From assembly GCA_937872225.1 (NCBI GenBank), contig CALMRZ010000017.1, positions 30,325 through 94,324 of the forward strand: DNA of 64,000 bases, written 5' to 3'. Position 1 is the stretch's first letter. Each line of letters begins with the position of its first letter. Under the pieces are notes generated by a model that saw only the letters and a list, made by a program, of their open reading frames with translations, did no database searches and was not told where the DNA came from. The stretch is from an uncultured Spirochaetota bacterium. GTDB taxonomy: Bacteria > Spirochaetota > UBA4802 > UBA5550. This document shows positions 50,304 to 58,942 of the stretch, piece after piece. The translations under genes and the position numbers were made by a program.

Positions 50304-51137
50304 ATGGCGGTCACAGCAATCAATAAAAAATTCAACAGGGCTGTTCAGCTTGAAAAGGACGGCAAATATGAAACCGCCCAAAGGGAATATATTTCCATTA
50401 TTACCACCGATCCGGCATTCCGGCCCGCCTATGTCAATCTCGGTTCACTCTATTCACGGATGAATCATTTCGCCGAATCCATCCGCTGCTTTGAGGCAGC
50501 CTTGACCCTGGGAAGAGATTACATCACCTATTTCAATATTGGCTGTACCCTGTACAAGATGAATGAATACTCCAAGGCCCTTGCGAGTCTCCAACTTTCC
50601 ATTTCTCTGAATAAACAATTTGCCCTCTCCAAACTAGTCGCCGGCCTGTGCCACAGCCGGCTCAATAATCTCAACGGGGCCGAAAACTATTTCCGTGACG
50701 TCCTGAAACTATGGCCGGACAACAGGGTTTCCCTGACGGCCCTCGCCATCATTTATTATAACAAGCGCAATTATGATTATTCTCTCCAGATGCTGAACCG
50801 GATCCTGTACCTTGACGCAGGCAACATTAAACTTCGCGAGCTGAAATCGGATATTCTGATGAAAACCGGCAGGATTGAGGAGACCGTGAAAGAAATAAAG
50901 ATAATTAAGCAGAAAGCCGACGGGTACCGGTATTTCGATGAATTCATCAAGTCAATACCGGTTGACTCATTGACTGATAAATACGGAACCATTGACAATA
51001 AAATTGATCTATTAAAAAATAAAACAAGCATCAGCGGCGATCATCTTATTTCTCTCAGCCTGTGTCATCTTTTGAAAGGAGAGACTGACACTGCCATCGA
51101 TTATTTATTTAAATTTAAAAAAAACTTCTCTCATTAA
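50304..51137 (+). CDS. TPR-repeat protein
   Basis: Repeating TPR-like helices ('AYVNLGSLYSRMNHFAESIRCFEAAL', 'FNIGCTLYKMNEYSKAL'). Confidence 0.65.
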   Translation: MAVTAINKKFNRAVQLEKDGKYETAQREYISIITTDPAFRPAYVNLGSLYSRMNHFAESIRCFEAALTLGRDYITYFNIGCTLYKMNEYSKALASLQLSISLNKQFALSKLVAGLCHSRLNNLNGAENYFRDVLKLWPDNRVSLTALAIIYYNKRNYDYSLQMLNRILYLDAGNIKLRELKSDILMKTGRIEETVKEIKIIKQKADGYRYFDEFIKSIPVDSLTDKYGTIDNKIDLLKNKTSISGDHLISLSLCHLLKGETDTAIDYLFKFKKNFSH

Positions 51138-51282
51138 AACTGTTTATCCATAAACAACAATACAATATCAAACAGTTATGAAGAATGCCTTGCCTGGCTA
51201 ACTACTCATGAATTTTTCCTACATTATCATCTTTAAATCTTATAAACAATTACCTCAATTTTTTAACTTTTTTAAAAAATTA

Positions 51283-51325
51283 TGATTTTTATTATTGACA
51301 ATTATTAGAATAAATTTCTTATGGT
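51283..51325 (+). promoter_or_regulatory. Candidate promoter region for the orphan 5S gene
   Basis: TTGACA at 51295-51300 and TAGAAT at 51306-51311 in a very AT-rich tract just upstream of the 5S 5' end. The hexamer pairing is ambiguous (spacing not canonical). Confidence 0.3.
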
Positions 51326-51327
51326 AA

Positions 51328-51447
<120 letters not shown>

Positions 51448-51461
51448 TAGCAATCATACAT

Positions 51462-51498
51462 AACAAGAAAGGCCATGAATTTCATGGCCTTTCTTGTT
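51462..51498. terminator. Bidirectional terminator hairpin between 5S (+) and the lipoprotein gene (-)
   Basis: 18-bp perfect inverted repeat AACAAGAAAGGCCATGAA-t-TTCATGGCCTTTCTTGTT with T-rich distal arms. Confidence 0.55.
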
Positions 51499-51516
51499 TA
51501 TATCTTTAGTAGCTTA

Positions 51517-51972
51517 TTAATCCCACTTAGCCGCAGAAACCTTTTTCTTCAGGCCTTTGGCATGAACAACGTAAATGATCTCGCAGTTCTGCTCTTCATC
51601 CCAAGTCACTTTTTTCACGGAACCGCCTTTGGCGATTGCCTTGAGCTCCTGAGCTACCGCTATGCCGGTCATTTCAAAATTCTCCATGCCGGATGCTCCT
51701 TCAATCTTTGAGCCTTTGAATTTCTCGATTACCTGATACTGCGCATTGAGGATGGCGGCCCGCTTGGAGGCTTCTTTCCTCTGGACAACATTGGTCAGGG
51801 TCTTGGTAGGAACGCCTGCCGCGGCCAGTTGATACGTATCATCATCAATCCAGCCTTCCATGGTATACGATTCGCCTTCAACAGTCCCGCCGATCTTCTT
51901 GCTGCTGCATGATGTCAATGCCATAAGGAGACCAGCCGTTAGTATTAATGCAAATATTATGAACCTCTTCAT
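51517..51972 (-). CDS. Lipoprotein (paralog of 52983..53351)
   Basis: Lipobox 'ALTSC'. 'GWIDDDTY' and C-terminal 'IIYVVHAKGLKKK', shared with the other copy. Confidence 0.6.
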   Translation of the reverse strand: MKRFIIFALILTAGLLMALTSCSSKKIGGTVEGESYTMEGWIDDDTYQLAAAGVPTKTLTNVVQRKEASKRAAILNAQYQVIEKFKGSKIEGASGMENFEMTGIAVAQELKAIAKGGSVKKVTWDEEQNCEIIYVVHAKGLKKKVSAAKWD

Positions 51973-52200
51973 CTAACATCCTCCTAATAACTTTTATTAA
52001 ATTAAATTCTTTCTGGAATATATTGATGTGCCACGAAATCTTTACGGAGGAACCCGCGTTCACCTTCTCGTAATTATATTATATATTGCCCTTTTAATTG
52101 GTTATCATATTAATACCGATTCTGGCCGATGTCAACATAAAATCAGTAATAATTTACTTTATTCCGATAACCTGCCATTCAACTCGCGCCCGTTCATGCA

Positions 52201-52734
52201 TCATTGGGCATCAATATCTCTGATCACCATTCCGATAAATATTGTCAACAGAATCAAGTTAATAAGGAACCATAGGAAATTTATCGCTTTATAAACTCCC
52301 CAGGCGTACATGATTCCTGTCGCCGTCCCGGTCCCGAAACCGACCAATATGACGCTGTTGTATTTCACAAAAATGCTCATGGCAGTATCTGCGAATGACC
52401 CACCCGTGGTAATGCGTGCCATGTCATAATTCTTTTTTGCCAGGGGAAACGTAAAGAACATGACAATAAAAATGATCGCAGAATTTAAAAACCAGTGCTG
52501 CGACAGCATCGGCAGCAGGATACCGATAAGGGAAGCCACGCAGAGGCATATCAGCATGATGGATAATGAATAGGAAGTCGTTATCCTGTTCCACAATTTT
52601 GTCAGATACGGCATAACATCTTTTAATTCATCTTTGGTAAACTGATCCTTGGTCAAATACAGGTTCACATAATAGCTTCCGAGGACTATGATCAGTAAAT
52701 AAACAATATAGATAAGTAAAATTTCAATTATCAC
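52201..52734 (-). CDS. Hypothetical polytopic membrane protein
   Basis: Four to five hydrophobic helices. No motif recognised. Confidence 0.5.
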   Translation of the reverse strand: MIIEILLIYIVYLLIIVLGSYYVNLYLTKDQFTKDELKDVMPYLTKLWNRITTSYSLSIMLICLCVASLIGILLPMLSQHWFLNSAIIFIVMFFTFPLAKKNYDMARITTGGSFADTAMSIFVKYNSVILVGFGTGTATGIMYAWGVYKAINFLWFLINLILLTIFIGMVIRDIDAQ

Positions 52735-52982
52735 ATGACGCTCCTTATGATGAAAATGTTACCATCATTCCCCCCATTTTAAACAAAAAGTCAACTATTT
52801 TTGGCAAAATATATTCCCTCTCAACGCACTGACAATGAAAGTCACCTCGTCGGTAATCCATTCTTTCCCGTCGTTTTTCTTTTGGTCCCGTTTCTCAATT
52901 TTGTTCTTGAAATATTCTGTCAGTTTATTAGATTATTAAATATGGGTAAAAGTTCTAAAAAATTGAAACCGTGGTGCTTATT

Positions 52983-53351
52983 ATGAAAAAAGTTATATGG
53001 CTTTTTCTTATTTCGACTGCCATTTCCTGTGCCAGTAACACGGTTCCCACCAATCATGCAGCCAAGCCGGCTGCAACCGGGTGGAGCGACGAGGATACGT
53101 ATACCGTTCAGGTAACCGATAAAACCGAAGATGATGCCGTAAATGCAGCCAAACACAAGATTTTAAAGGATATCGTTGATGTAAGAGTCAGAAACAACAG
53201 CAGGTATACAGATATCGTAAAGATTCGCGATGAGTTTGATCTGCCCCTTAAAAACGGTAAAATTATTGAGCAAATGAAGACCGCCGACGGATTAATGATA
53301 TACTATCAGATTCACGATAAGGGATTGAAGAAAAAATTCCAGCGGCAGTAG
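52983..53351 (+). CDS. Lipoprotein (paralog of 51517..51972)
   Basis: MKKVIWLFLISTAISC lipobox. 'GWSDEDTY' and 'MIYYQIHDKGLKKK'. Confidence 0.6.
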   Translation: MKKVIWLFLISTAISCASNTVPTNHAAKPAATGWSDEDTYTVQVTDKTEDDAVNAAKHKILKDIVDVRVRNNSRYTDIVKIRDEFDLPLKNGKIIEQMKTADGLMIYYQIHDKGLKKKFQRQ

Positions 53352-53364
53352 CCGTAAGGGGCTT

Positions 53365-53985
53365 TTACCGGACCGCGACTTTATTTGCAATAATTTCCAG
53401 CCTGTCTTCGCAGAACAATTTCACCGATTCGGCAATGAGGTTGTATTCTTCCTGCAGTATTTTCGACGATAATGATTCCTCGGTATCATGTTCCAGAACC
53501 ATGACCGCCCTCTGCATGATAATCGGCCCCGTATCGATCCCCTCATCAATAAAGTGGGCGGTGCATCCGGTTATTTTGACGCCATGCTCAAGGGCTTTTC
53601 TCTGGCTGTGAATTCCCGGGAATGCCGGGAGAAGGGATGGATGGATGTTGATGATCCTGTCCCGGTAATACGAAACGAAATGCCGCGACAGCAGGCGCAG
53701 ATAACCGGCGGTGACGATCAGATCGGTACCACATTTCTCAAACAACTCAATTATCACATTTTCATGTTCTTCTCTTGACGCATAGCGCTCAGGATCGATA
53801 AAAAAAGCGGGGATTTTCATCTTCCTGGCCCTGATCAATACCTGTGCCGAGGCATTGTCTGTTACGACACAGCCAGTTCTGGCTTTGATTTCATTGTTGG
53901 TAATCTTTTGCGCCACGGATGAAAAAATAAGCCCGCTGCCGGACACCAGAAAAGATATGACCTTTTTCCTGCGCCATACCGCCAT
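53365..53985 (-). CDS. purN: Phosphoribosylglycinamide formyltransferase
   Basis: 'IINIHPSLLPAFPG', 'TGCTAHFIDEGIDTGPIIMQ'. Confidence 0.85.
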   Translation of the reverse strand: MAVWRRKKVISFLVSGSGLIFSSVAQKITNNEIKARTGCVVTDNASAQVLIRARKMKIPAFFIDPERYASREEHENVIIELFEKCGTDLIVTAGYLRLLSRHFVSYYRDRIINIHPSLLPAFPGIHSQRKALEHGVKITGCTAHFIDEGIDTGPIIMQRAVMVLEHDTEESLSSKILQEEYNLIAESVKLFCEDRLEIIANKVAVR

Positions 53986-53986
53986 A

Positions 53987-54985
53987 TCAAATTCTCAGCC
54001 TTTCCAGTTCTTCATCTGAAATCGCATTTTCAGCGATTGCTCTCGTTATCATGCCGCCACGGGCGCTTATGGTGATGGCCGGAACCCCGTCTTCAACCTT
54101 GCCATAGCGCAGCATAATCGATCCGATCAATTCCATGTCTTTTTCGGTGATGTTACCTTTCACATATACCGCGGGCCCCTTGAAATCCGGTAAGCAGAAA
54201 CCATCCGAAACCGGTCGGTACTTCACGAGTTCATTATTCTCCCGTTCGTTTCTCGATACTATTATTTTAGCAGCATCGCTAATACGGTAATGCCGGCCAA
54301 TGGTCAGCAAATAGAAATCGACAGTATCGACATCCCCGCCATGCGTCAGCAGGTCGCTCACTCTCCGGGAGATAAACCGGTCAGTGAAAAGACAGCCGCC
54401 GGAGGGTGATTCATACTCAGCAATGTTATACTTGCGGGCAAGATCGAACTGGTCTTTCCGGGACCTGCCGTTGATGCCCAACAAGAGGTCCCGGTTGACG
54501 ATACCTTCATCTTCAGGGATCGTCGGCTTGAGCAATTTCGCGGAAAGAGGCCTGAGCAGGCGGCCCTTCAGCCCGGTCTGCCTTTCAATGTGGTTCATGG
54601 TATGGCGCATTTGAGACATGGGACGTTGTCCCACGACCTCGCCGGTTGCGACAAAATCGGCCCGGCAATCCCTCATCATTTCAGCAGCTTTCTTGATAAA
54701 GTACATATGGCAGTCAATGCAGGGATTCATATGCTTCCCGTAGCCATGGGGAGGATTGCGCAGGATTTCGATATATTCCCTGCCGCAGCGGTGGACATGG
54801 ACCGTAAGATTTATTTGAGAAGCCAGCAGTACCGGTTTTAAAGACGCCGGGTCCGCATCGGGAGCGACAAAGGGCAGGGCACCGTAGAATCCGATCAGGT
54901 CAAGATCCTGATCCATCAGTATCCGCGCCGCAAGCAGGCTATCGAGACCGCCGGAGATTAAAACAATACCTTTGCCCCTACTCAA
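53987..54985 (-). CDS. PP-loop ATP-pyrophosphatase family protein (ThiI/MnmA-like tRNA thiolation-type)
   Basis: 'VLISGGLDS' PP-loop, 'NPCIDCH' and 'ATGEVVGQRPMSQ'. Exact subfamily not determined. Confidence 0.6.
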   Translation of the reverse strand: MSRGKGIVLISGGLDSLLAARILMDQDLDLIGFYGALPFVAPDADPASLKPVLLASQINLTVHVHRCGREYIEILRNPPHGYGKHMNPCIDCHMYFIKKAAEMMRDCRADFVATGEVVGQRPMSQMRHTMNHIERQTGLKGRLLRPLSAKLLKPTIPEDEGIVNRDLLLGINGRSRKDQFDLARKYNIAEYESPSGGCLFTDRFISRRVSDLLTHGGDVDTVDFYLLTIGRHYRISDAAKIIVSRNERENNELVKYRPVSDGFCLPDFKGPAVYVKGNITEKDMELIGSIMLRYGKVEDGVPAITISARGGMITRAIAENAISDEELERLRI

Positions 54986-56232
54986 GCAAATTCCTCATGA
55001 TTTATTAGCTGAATCAGCACCCGATCGCCTTTCCTGCATCCGGTCGAGTCCTCTCCCAGAACGATGAGACAATTCGCCTCGCTCATGGAACGAAGAATTC
55101 CCGACCCCTGCGGCCCCGTTGTTGTAACATGAACCATGCCATCAACAATAGAAAAAAAACCTCTCAGGAATTCTCTCCTGCCCGCTTTTTTATTCAAATC
55201 ATCATCAGAAATTGCCAGCAATTCCGGTTTCTTGAGATACCGGGCCCCGCTCATCTTGAGAAGGGCCGGCCGGACAAATTCAATGAAGGAGACCATGGTT
55301 GAAACGGGGTTTCCCGGCAGGCCAAAGACAAGGGTCTTTTCCCTAGATCCGAAAATTACCGGCTTTCCCGGCTTCATTCTGATAGTTTCAAGGGAAATTT
55401 CCGCGCCCAGTTCCCTGAGGACATCCTTGACGAGATCATATTTTCCCATCGATACGCCGCCGGTGGAAATTACCATATCATATTCCAGCGCCTTAGCGAA
55501 TAATTCCTTGGCATCGGACATCGAATCTTTGGCGATCCCGATATAATGGGGCAGGCCATTATATTTTTTTATTTCAGAGGAAAGGGTATAGGCATTCGAA
55601 TTTCTGATCTGCCCCGGTTTAAGATCAGCGCCCACTTCTGCGATTTCATCTCCGGTGGATATAATAGCAACTCTGGGTTTCTGGAACACGGGAATATCAC
55701 TTATATTGAGCGAAGCGAGGAGACCGGTTTCTGCAGACCGCAATTTTGTTCCTTTCGTTAAAACAACCTGTCCGGCTTTAATGTCTTCGCCGGCATAGCG
55801 TATGTTTTCATGCTGCCGTAATTCCAGCAGAACAGCAATCGTTCCGCGGGAAGCGTCTTCCTGGATGTATTCCACCGGAATCACTGCGTCGGCCCCATCC
55901 GGAATCGGCGCGCCGGTCATAATACGCACCGCCGAACGCCTTTCTACTCTGACATTGTTAAAATCGCCGCCGGCCTGTATCTCTCCGCACACCCTCAGTT
56001 CCACCGGACTGTCCCTGGTTGCTCCCCTGGTATCGCTCCAGTGCAATGCGAACCCATCCATGGCTGAATTATCAAGGGGCGGAATATTGATTTCAGACCT
56101 GATGTCCTGGTACAGTATCCTGCCGAAAGCATCGCCAAGAGGAACCATTTCCAAGCCGCCTTCTGTAACGGACTCAAGGATCTGCCTGTATGCCGTATCA
56201 AAGGACACAAAGGTTTTGTTTTTTTCTTTCAT
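54982..56232 (-). CDS. moeA: Molybdopterin molybdotransferase
   Basis: 'SPLDNSAMDGFA', 'IMTGAPIP', 'VISTGGVSMGKYD' and 'GLPGNPVS'. Start set at MKEKNK (ATG at 56232). Confidence 0.85.
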   Translation of the reverse strand: MKEKNKTFVSFDTAYRQILESVTEGGLEMVPLGDAFGRILYQDIRSEINIPPLDNSAMDGFALHWSDTRGATRDSPVELRVCGEIQAGGDFNNVRVERRSAVRIMTGAPIPDGADAVIPVEYIQEDASRGTIAVLLELRQHENIRYAGEDIKAGQVVLTKGTKLRSAETGLLASLNISDIPVFQKPRVAIISTGDEIAEVGADLKPGQIRNSNAYTLSSEIKKYNGLPHYIGIAKDSMSDAKELFAKALEYDMVISTGGVSMGKYDLVKDVLRELGAEISLETIRMKPGKPVIFGSREKTLVFGLPGNPVSTMVSFIEFVRPALLKMSGARYLKKPELLAISDDDLNKKAGRREFLRGFFSIVDGMVHVTTTGPQGSGILRSMSEANCLIVLGEDSTGCRKGDRVLIQLINHEEFA

Positions 56233-56361
56233 TGTCCAGACCGCCGCGGAATATAAACCTGTCCACACTAGGCTGTTATATCATAGTGCTGTCAAGAATT
56301 TTCGATTTGCCGGGGAAAGCGATGCACTGGCACTGAGACCGGAGCGTCCCTCAATCAGCTG

Positions 56362-57414
56362 TTACAGATCAAAATTGACGAGTGTTCCCGACTGGTTATA
56401 TCCGAAAATATCTCCCTTTTTCTCAATTTTGGAGCCATACATGGCATAATCAGCCAGGGTGATCAGTTCTTCATAATTGCTTATATTGTTCGGATAGGGA
56501 TATGTTGCAATCCCTATTGATACAGAGATAGTTGAAACATCTGGAATGCTCTGTTCACTGCCGACAATATCAGCAATTGTGATATTTTTCAGCATATCAC
56601 GAATTCTTCGGGCAACCGTGAGGACACTGAGATGGTCTGTTTCAGGCAGGAATATGCAGAATTCATCGCCGCCGAACCGAGCAGCCAGGTCATAGGGCCG
56701 GATGATAAATTTGAAGGCCTGTCCGTTCCCATTCAAAGGACGATACACGCTTTCATCCATAAAGGCGCTGCTTATCTTCTTGAGAATCATATCGCCAGCA
56801 AGGTGGCTGTAGGAGTCATTGATCTGCTTGAAATTGTCACAGTCAAGATACACTATCGACAGGGATGATTTTGTCGCTTCCCCGTTAACGCACAGGCTTT
56901 CGTTATTCCTGTTTTTTCGTATTACCCTTTCAAATTCCGATTTAAGCCGTTCCTCAAAGGTTTTACGGTTCAGCAGCCCGGTAAGACCGTCAAAGCCCGA
57001 CATCTGGAAACGGGTTGAATTCTTGACAATGGCTGAAAGGTATTTTGCATGGACGGGTTTATTCAGGAAATAATACGCTCCCTTATCAAGAACGATATCC
57101 GAAAGCTCTACTTCATTATATCCGGTGATGGCGATGATGGGTGTTGTTATGTTGTACTCGGTCTTCAGCACATCCAGGGCATGCAATCCGTTTTTCGGGT
57201 CCGGACTGTCTCCGTCATGAAGGGGTATGGAAAGATCCAGAAGTATCGTATCCCAGTAGGTCTTGCTGACGAGATCCAGAAGCCTGTCTACGTTGGTCGC
57301 GGTCTCGATAAAATAGCTTTCATCGGAAACCTCAAGAATTTTTGATATGGTCCGCAGAACCAATGTATCGTCATCAACAATGAGAACGCTTATATCCCGT
57401 TTAGTATCAATCAT
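56362..57414 (-). CDS. Response-regulator receiver + GGDEF diguanylate cyclase
   Basis: 'VLIVDDD', 'ILLDLSIP' and 'NKP' receiver residues. 'LTGLLNR' and 'RFGGDEF' GGDEF core. Confidence 0.85.
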   Translation of the reverse strand: MIDTKRDISVLIVDDDTLVLRTISKILEVSDESYFIETATNVDRLLDLVSKTYWDTILLDLSIPLHDGDSPDPKNGLHALDVLKTEYNITTPIIAITGYNEVELSDIVLDKGAYYFLNKPVHAKYLSAIVKNSTRFQMSGFDGLTGLLNRKTFEERLKSEFERVIRKNRNNESLCVNGEATKSSLSIVYLDCDNFKQINDSYSHLAGDMILKKISSAFMDESVYRPLNGNGQAFKFIIRPYDLAARFGGDEFCIFLPETDHLSVLTVARRIRDMLKNITIADIVGSEQSIPDVSTISVSIGIATYPYPNNISNYEELITLADYAMYGSKIEKKGDIFGYNQSGTLVNFDL

Positions 57415-57515
57415 GCTCTTTTACATATAATAATTATTCATGATAATCCGTCAATTCTGGAATCCCGAATCTCCCTGAATAATTATCGGAATTAGTGCAG
57501 TTATATTGAAATCAC

Positions 57516-57872
57516 CTATTTCAGCACCGATGCAGACGAAACGGCTTCATCCATGCTTCGAAAAATCTTGAAAAAAGAGTCCATTCTGGTAATATGCAGA
57601 ACTTTCAATACGAGCTCGCTTTCGCTTACCAGGAACAAGGTGGAGTTCTTTTTCGAAGCGGCATTCTTAATTGCAATAAAGTATCCGATTCCTACTGAAT
57701 CAATGGCGGCGATTTTTTTTAAATTGAAAATAAAACTCGGTAAATTTTTTTTGGTAATGATGTTCTTAATATCATCGACGGCTCCAGTGGATTCATCAAA
57801 AATCAATTTATCGCGCAGGAATTCAAATATACCAATCCCACTCTGTTCATAATATCGATAATTAATGTCCAT
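57516..57872 (-). CDS. STAS-domain anti-sigma-factor antagonist (SpoIIAA-like)
   Basis: 118 aa. 'IDSVGIGYFI' (DSxG phosphorylatable-Ser motif). C-terminal 'VLKVLHITRMDSFFKIF'. Confidence 0.7.
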   Translation of the reverse strand: MDINYRYYEQSGIGIFEFLRDKLIFDESTGAVDDIKNIITKKNLPSFIFNLKKIAAIDSVGIGYFIAIKNAASKKNSTLFLVSESELVLKVLHITRMDSFFKIFRSMDEAVSSASVLK

Positions 57873-58060
57873 TTCTCCCCTATAGTTGTGATTTGTAATG
57901 ATGCACCTAGAATATCGAATTTAAGGGATGGTTAGTCAAGAAAATATTAACATGACATCCTTAATTATCTGAGAATTGAATTGACAGTTTAAAGACAATT
58001 GTCGCATTTCGAGTTGAATTTATCTGCATTCAAAACTATATTAATTGGTATCGGAATACT

Positions 58061-58759
58061 ATGGAATCTAAACAGCTCATAATAATCCCTGTTTACAACC
58101 AGTGCAAACAGATTATACAGAACCTTCCCCTTCTGGAAGACATCAGGGGTGATATTCTGATGATCGATGACGGTTCCACGGATACCACCTACAGCATAAT
58201 CAAGGAACATGAATGGCTTAAATATATCAAGCACGAACAGAACCTGGGCATTGGAGCCGCAATAATCACGGGATGCGAATATGCCCGTGATCTGGGCTAT
58301 GATATTGCCATCATACTCAATCTGAATGATAATAAATTTAAAGCCGAGATACAGGAGCTCATGGACAATATCAATTACGGATACGATATTGTAAACAGCA
58401 GTAGGATACTGGAGAACTATGAGTACGCCGATATCCCGCAGGAATATATTTCCCTGACATCCGACCTTTCGTCGCAAATAAGGGACTTCACCGGTTTTGA
58501 CATTACTGATCCCCTATCCGGCATTCTGGCCATCCGCCTCGAGGCTTTGAAGGAAATGGAACTTACGGAATTCAATCACAGCCTGCTGCTGCAGCTCTGG
58601 ATACAGGCACATTATTTCGGCCTATCCATTATTGAAATCCCCGCCCAGTCTGGTATCGGATTCGGAGAAGAATTGACCCTCTATGATGACCCGATGGGGC
58701 TTTTTCTCTCGCTGATGGAAGCAGAAAAAATACTCTACCCCAAAAAGAATATTAATTAA
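58061..58759 (+). CDS. Family 2 glycosyltransferase (polyprenol-phosphate sugar transferase-like)
   Basis: 'IIIPVYNQ' and 'LMIDDGSTDTT' DxD-type GT-A motifs. The opposite-strand ORF 57989..58477 was rejected. Confidence 0.75.
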   Translation: MESKQLIIIPVYNQCKQIIQNLPLLEDIRGDILMIDDGSTDTTYSIIKEHEWLKYIKHEQNLGIGAAIITGCEYARDLGYDIAIILNLNDNKFKAEIQELMDNINYGYDIVNSSRILENYEYADIPQEYISLTSDLSSQIRDFTGFDITDPLSGILAIRLEALKEMELTEFNHSLLLQLWIQAHYFGLSIIEIPAQSGIGFGEELTLYDDPMGLFLSLMEAEKILYPKKNIN

Positions 58760-58819
58760 TCCGCTCGAAATCCTGGCGAAAATTTCAGGACGTTTTTTCC
58801 ATACCCGTCAATTTAAGGG

Positions 58820-58848
58820 TTGACAAAAATCAGACCGCCACTATTACA
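58820..58848 (+). promoter_or_regulatory. Candidate sigma70 promoter upstream of the XPB-like helicase
   Basis: TTGACA (58820-58825), 16-17 nt spacer, TATTAC/ATTACA. Weak -10. Confidence 0.25.
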
Positions 58849-58942
58849 AAGTGACTCTTTGGGCAATGCCATTCTTCAGAACTGGCACACGGGAACAACA
58901 ACAGCGGCACTATAAAACACCATACAAGGTAACGAAAAATAC

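Noticed and set aside
57989-58477. 162-aa minus-strand ORF opposite the GT2 gene
   Set aside because: The plus-strand frame carries clear GT-A motifs ('PVYNQ', 'DDGSTD'). The antisense frame has none.
58883-58888. TGGCAC (sigma54 -24 element) upstream of the XPB-like helicase
   Set aside because: The required -12 TTGC at the correct spacing is missing; the sequence continues ACGGGAACAA. A lone hexamer is expected by chance.
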